A DNA stretch of 64,000 nucleotides from NCBI GenBank assembly GCA_937949725.1, contig CALECT010000048.1:6626-70625 (forward strand), written 5' to 3'. Under the pieces are notes generated by a model, which ran no database searches, was not told the DNA's origin, and saw nothing but the letters and a program-made list of their open reading frames with translations. The position numbers and the translations under genes are program-made. Origin of the DNA: an uncultured Pseudanabaenaceae cyanobacterium. Its GTDB lineage: Bacteria; Cyanobacteriota; Cyanobacteriia; PCC-9006; JAAUQQ01. This document shows positions 59,542-64,000 of the stretch, piece by piece; positions within the stretch are counted from its first letter, which is position 1; every line of letters starts with the position of its first letter.

Positions 59542-60918
59542 TCAGGTCACAATATTTGAAACAAAGTCTTCGTACTTGCCACTTTTAGAACGCAAAATTT
59601 CATCAACGTAGGTTAATGAAAATTTGAAATTCCTATCTAAATCCTGGGTAATTGCTTTGCGCAATCGTGCTTCTACTTCAGGTTCCATCGATTGCTTTAA
59701 CACCATCTTGACCTCAATTTTTGCACGAGTATGCTGAATAACCTGTAGCTGCCTAATGGGGGCAATTTTAGCCCAGTTACTTAAGATAAAAGAAGGCCAG
59801 AGCTTTTCACCTGAAGGTAGCACTAGCATATTGCGCGTTCGCCCCAGCACTTGCTTTAATACAGGCAATTTTCGTTGACAAGCGCAAGCATCACCAACCT
59901 CTGCATAGTCCCCAATCTCATATCGAATGAGGGGCATCGCATAGTTGTGCAAGTCTGTTAGCACTACTCGCCCGATCTGACCGGGCTGACAGGGAAGATC
60001 GTGGTCGTCTAAAATTTCAACGATGACGCTCTCGGATTGAATGTGGTAGTGCTCATTGTCGGGACATTGGAGTGCTAAGACTCCCATCTCCTGGCAGCTA
60101 TATATATCAACAATCGTTAATCCCCAAACCTCTTGACAAATTTGACGAACCTCTGGAGTGAGGACTTCACCAAAAGTACTAATGCTTCTGAGATTAGGTA
60201 GAGTAATACTATCCGCTAAAGCCTGTTTTGCTAGAGCTTTCAGGTTTGAAGGATAGGTCAGTAAGTGATCAGGATTTTTTTGCTGTAACCAAGCCAGTTG
60301 CTCTGTGATCGTTTTACCGCTATCAAATTCAATAGCAATTCCACTGGGAAAGCAATCTGCCCAGTGGATAGCTACTTTTTGATTTGTCTCAGTCGTAGAC
60401 TTCCCGGATGCTTCCCAACGCGCTCGTGGAACTTTAATCGCTGCAACTTTAGCGGTTAGATTATGCTGATGCCAGAGATGGCTGCGCAAATTGAGTGCTC
60501 GATAGAATAAGCTGTTAATCTGGGTTGTTTGAAAGGTAACAGGCTTTCCGGTTGAACCTGAAGTGGTATTTTGGGTCGTGGGAAGGTGATCTTGGGGAAT
60601 ATTGGTACTGTGCAGTTCCTGGGCATGCTCCTGCAATGCTTGACGACTAAGAATCGGGATCTGACGCAACTCGTCGTAATTGAGTAAACGGCTTTGTCCT
60701 TTCGCTAAGAACTCCAATCGTTCTCTATAAAAGGGAACTGTCTGGTAAGCATGGGCTAACAAAGCTGTTAACTGGAGCATCTGTTGGCTTTCAAGAGTAT
60801 CCAACGAGGACCATTGGCTATGTTCTAGCTGGTATAGAATAGATAGTAATAGGGCATTTCGGGGATTAGGCAATGCTGGCCATAGAATGCCTTGAGCTGC
60901 CGATAGGGGAGTTAGCAT
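59542..60918 (-). CDS. adenylate-forming enzyme, phenylacetate-CoA ligase (PaaK/CapK/F390 synthetase)-like
   Basis: 458 aa with the AMP-binding motif TTSGSTGKPV. Size and layout resemble the PaaK family. AT-rich codon usage. Confidence 0.7.
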   Translation of the reverse strand: MLTPLSAAQGILWPALPNPRNALLLSILYQLEHSQWSSLDTLESQQMLQLTALLAHAYQTVPFYRERLEFLAKGQSRLLNYDELRQIPILSRQALQEHAQELHSTNIPQDHLPTTQNTTSGSTGKPVTFQTTQINSLFYRALNLRSHLWHQHNLTAKVAAIKVPRARWEASGKSTTETNQKVAIHWADCFPSGIAIEFDSGKTITEQLAWLQQKNPDHLLTYPSNLKALAKQALADSITLPNLRSISTFGEVLTPEVRQICQEVWGLTIVDIYSCQEMGVLALQCPDNEHYHIQSESVIVEILDDHDLPCQPGQIGRVVLTDLHNYAMPLIRYEIGDYAEVGDACACQRKLPVLKQVLGRTRNMLVLPSGEKLWPSFILSNWAKIAPIRQLQVIQHTRAKIEVKMVLKQSMEPEVEARLRKAITQDLDRNFKFSLTYVDEILRSKSGKYEDFVSNIVT

Positions 60919-61007
60919 TTATAGTCTTATCTCTATTCATCTGTAGATTTTTGAAAATTAGGCTTGAAGAATTTGAGGTTATCTCTATAACTCAAACTCA
61001 ATAAGAC

Positions 61008-61775
61008 CTAAAGTGAGCTTTGTACTAGAGGTTTGATTGCTTGGAAAAAATATAGCTCCCAGTTTAGATAATATTTATCTTCAATGATTTCATATCCCAG
61101 ATATTCTTGGATTCCTTTAAGGATGTCGCTTTCACTAGCTTGATCAATACCGAATAAAAGCCGACAAAAATCTATCATTTCGAGAAGGCTTTCAAATATC
61201 CAATAAAATTTGATTGATTCGTCGTGAGTGATCTTAAACCCAATAGAGGAGAGTGTCTCAGCTGTCGCCTCTGTCAAGAAGTCTCCCTGGTGTCCCATTG
61301 AACTATTTTGATTGACGAAGGTATTTAGGAAGCCATCCACTTCCGAATCTTTTCTGACATCAGCAAGGCAGAAAACACCAGTCGGCTTAAGAATCCGATG
61401 TACCTCATTATAAAAAATATGTTTGTCTTCTAGATGATGGGAGCCTGCTAGGCTAATAACTCGATCAATCGTATTGGATAATAGGGAGATATTTCCTAGA
61501 TCTTCACAGATGAGAGCTGTTTCATTTGGATGGGACTGAGCACATTGCATAAATTCAGCAGACGTCTCGATGGATAACAACTTAACCTTAGGGTTAAGAA
61601 AAGTACTGATGTAGGATCCACCAGAGGGAATATCACACAGGATTTGGCCGGCTTCTAATTTTGCGAATTGAATCGCATAATCAAATTCCGATTTCCGAGC
61701 CCATGGGTATTTCAACATAGCCTGGTGGTACATCTTCCCCCGCTGATTAAATATTTCTGGATAGGTATAAAACAT
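61008..61775 (-). CDS. class I SAM-dependent methyltransferase
   Basis: 255 aa. Motif I-like ILCDIPSGGSY, followed by acidic and post-I motifs (LLSIETS..., VISLAGSHHL, LKPTGVFCLADV). Confidence 0.65.
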   Translation of the reverse strand: MFYTYPEIFNQRGKMYHQAMLKYPWARKSEFDYAIQFAKLEAGQILCDIPSGGSYISTFLNPKVKLLSIETSAEFMQCAQSHPNETALICEDLGNISLLSNTIDRVISLAGSHHLEDKHIFYNEVHRILKPTGVFCLADVRKDSEVDGFLNTFVNQNSSMGHQGDFLTEATAETLSSIGFKITHDESIKFYWIFESLLEMIDFCRLLFGIDQASESDILKGIQEYLGYEIIEDKYYLNWELYFFQAIKPLVQSSL

Positions 61776-62836
61776 GGTGAGCCTAAAATTTAAAATAACG
61801 AACTAAACGGACTCTTAACTAGCAGGCAATCAATAGGATCGAAGCTTCTACATAGAAGACCGTGCAATCACATAGTATTACAACAATAAAAATAGATAAG
61901 TATATATAATTATTTGTGAGTGAGCGACATAGGTTGACTAACTTTTAGGATCTTGAGTTGAGATACATTATTACTCCAAGCGGCGTAGCTCCTTGCAAAG
62001 CTTTGACTGGCTGAGTTGTCACTTGCTTGCAAAGCCCTCCTGGTAATACTCCGGACAGTTTTTGATCGGCAACGACAGAATAAGGGTTTCAGCCCTCTAT
62101 GAGGCAGTGTTCAGCAACGAGGAATCAAGGGTTTCAGGCTCTTAATTTAAAACTGTCCGAACTGTTGTCCTGGGAACTATCCCTATAAAAGAATGGTTTA
62201 GGATATCTTTATAAATAAGTATTGCTTGTGTTAAATAAACTATCTATCTTGACAGTCTTACTGACGCAAGGGTAAATATACTTAAGCAGCTTGTACGATC
62301 ATAACTTTACTCGATAAACTAGGCGATCTTTTCTCTCTTTAATGAAGATAGATGGTCCTAAAAAATTGCTTGTAGAGGAATATTTTTAGGATTGCTGTCT
62401 GAGTAGAGAATAACAAGGTCTCGGGTTTGCTATGCAGGTATCTGACAATATGAAGAGCAGCAATAGTGAAAGCTAGGCCGGTTTTCTCTATTCAACTTTT
62501 TATTTGGTTGGTGTCTAAAGTAGACGGCTGTCGGCTTTAGGGCTGTGCTAAGGATATCTGTATGGTTTTGAGTGAGTTCGCGAAAAGCTTTTGATTGTAT
62601 TAGTGATTATTGTCGCTCCATTTATTTGGCTTTTTAAAGGGACTAATGACGACTGCTCATGATTAGAAATTGGGTTTTAGTTGTCATATAGATAGGCTTG
62701 CTCGTTGATTCTTCTTCTCAAGAGTTAAGTCTTGATTCGGATCTTGAGTGCCACTCTTTTCAATGGACATTTTGCTAATTAGCTTTGTGTAGCTTCTCGG
62801 TTTCGGGTCCGTGCTCTCTAGCTTTGTAATTGCTCT

Positions 62837-64000
62837 ATGGCAAGCTTTACCGTTACGAATACGAATGATAGTGGTGCTGGGTCTCTACGTCAGGCACTTT
62901 TGGATGCGAATTCTACGCTTGGTGCAGATATTATTAGATTTGATTCCAGCCTTAGCGGTCAGGTCATTCGCCTAACGAGTGGTGAGTTAACTGTTGCTGA
63001 TGATCTGACGATTGAAGGTGATCTAGATGGTGATGGAACGCCTGATATAACTGTGGCACGAGATAGTACCGCCGGTAACTTTAGGGTGTTCAGGATTAGT
63101 GACGGCGATTTTGGGTCTGACAAAACTGTGAGTTTCCAAGGTCTGACCATCACCGGGGGGATGAGCCGAGAAGACGGTGGTGGCATCTTTAATTACGAGA
63201 GTCTAACTCTAACTAACAGCATCGTGTCGGGTAACTCCACCATTGGAGATTTCGCAGATGGCGGTGGCATATTTAGCTCAGGAAATAGTCTTACCCTAAA
63301 CAACAGTACGGTTTCAGGTAACTCTACCACTGGAGAGAGGTCACGAGGGGGCGGTATTTCTAGCTTTTATAGTACTGGCGGTGTTGTTCTGAATAACAGC
63401 ACTGTCTCCGGTAATTCAACTTCTGGAGAAGAAGCAGAAGGCGGTGGTATCTTCAGCGAAGGTAGCGGTGATCTGACCCTGAATGACAGCACAGTTGTGG
63501 GCAATGCCACTTCTGGAGCCTTTGCAGATGGTGGCGGTATCTTCAGTGAAGGTAGTGATTTAATTCTGAAAAATAGTACTGTTTCTGATAACTCTACAAC
63601 TGGGGATGGTGCAGATGGTGGTGGCATTTTCCGCTACGCTGGCCGCGGGAGCTCTAGGTTTGATAGCAAAACGGTTATAGCTGACAGTAAGGTATCAAAT
63701 AATTCTACTGCTGGGATCAACGCAGATGGCGGCGGTATCTCTATCGAAGATAACCTGGATTTGAGCAGCAGCGAAGTCTCAAATAATTCCACAACTGGAG
63801 ACTCTGCCGTTGGTGGCGGCATATACAGCACTGGTAATTCCTCTGAGAAAATCATCCTGCGCAACAGCGATATTTCTGATAACTCCACCGCTGGTGACGG
63901 CTCAGCAGGGGGCGGGCTCTACTTCTCTGACAACGGCATTATCATTTTTAGTGACAGTACGGTGTCAGGCAACTCTACCGCTGGTCAAGACGGTTCAGGT
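62837..64000 (+). CDS. secreted parallel beta-helix repeat protein (CSLREA / choice-of-anchor-Q-like N-terminus); its C-terminal (3') end runs off the window edge
   Basis: Absent from the ORF track because it is open at the window edge. From ATG 62837: MASFTVTNTNDSGAGSLRQALLDANS..., then at least 11 repeats of about 22-25 aa of the form (L)xNSTVSGNSTxGxxADGGGIFS. The frame stays open for 388 codons to position 64000. Minus-strand track ORFs 62959-63186, 63367-63627 and 63634-63888 are antisense artefacts. Confidence 0.8.
   Translation, partial: MASFTVTNTNDSGAGSLRQALLDANSTLGADIIRFDSSLSGQVIRLTSGELTVADDLTIEGDLDGDGTPDITVARDSTAGNFRVFRISDGDFGSDKTVSFQGLTITGGMSREDGGGIFNYESLTLTNSIVSGNSTIGDFADGGGIFSSGNSLTLNNSTVSGNSTTGERSRGGGISSFYSTGGVVLNNSTVSGNSTSGEEAEGGGIFSEGSGDLTLNDSTVVGNATSGAFADGGGIFSEGSDLILKNSTVSDNSTTGDGADGGGIFRYAGRGSSRFDSKTVIADSKVSNNSTAGINADGGGISIEDNLDLSSSEVSNNSTTGDSAVGGGIYSTGNSSEKIILRNSDISDNSTAGDGSAGGGLYFSDNGIIIFSDSTVSGNSTAGQDGSG

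Noticed and set aside
62959-63888. Minus-strand ORFs 62959-63186, 63367-63627 and 63634-63888
   Set aside because: They are antisense to the long, open, plus-strand beta-helix repeat gene that starts at 62837. Their periodic Pro/Ser-rich products mirror the repeats of the sense frame.

Overview
This window is a cyanobacterial chromosome segment. The HIP1 palindrome GCGATCGC is frequent in the backbone (e.g. 1445-1452, 7538-7545). Recognisable core genes are rpe, def, an HtrA-type protease, dnaA, a Nfu-type Fe-S protein, serS, rseP, nth and a GspE-like ATPase. The GC-rich backbone is interrupted by four visibly AT-rich islands in which I found no HIP1 site: about 1490-7380, 12745-15010, 34600-38230 and 59440 to at least 62830. 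Most of the accessory content sits in these islands, apart from the ROCO-caspase gene. The main accessory items, in rough order of interest: (1) A tight three-gene operon (1842-6388) encoding a dynamin-like GTPase, a 311-aa partner that may be RdcB/YjcZ-like, and a patatin phospholipase. This is my top candidate for an undescribed defence or membrane-attack system. (2) A 1528-aa LRR-Roc-COR (ROCO) GTPase with a C-terminal caspase/CHAT-like domain (45417-50003). Its LRR region is a near-identical 69-bp tandem array. (3) A stand-alone reverse transcriptase with a C-terminal HEPN-like motif (AbiA-like, 12937-14850). It is the only gene in an island wedged between Uma2 (DUF820) genes. (4) Two diverged, inverted paralogous modules, each a roughly 625-aa signal-peptide/TM protein plus a YbjQ-family protein (36029-38213 and 54231-56841). 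One copy is AT-rich and next to an EcsC-like gene; the other is GC-rich. Other observations: a 121-bp MITE with a perfect 12-bp TIR and an 11-bp direct duplication disrupts a Uma2 pseudogene, and a second copy of one MITE end abuts another truncated Uma2 gene. There are several dispersed hairpin and inverted-repeat families. There are also blocks of strong strand-compositional (G+T versus C+A) skew, which explain the pile-ups of spurious overlapping ORFs in the supplied track. Two real genes run off the window edges and are missing from the ORF track (1-1404 minus; 62837-64000 plus). I found no rRNA, tRNA or CRISPR array. All family calls rest on motifs read by eye; I ran no searches.
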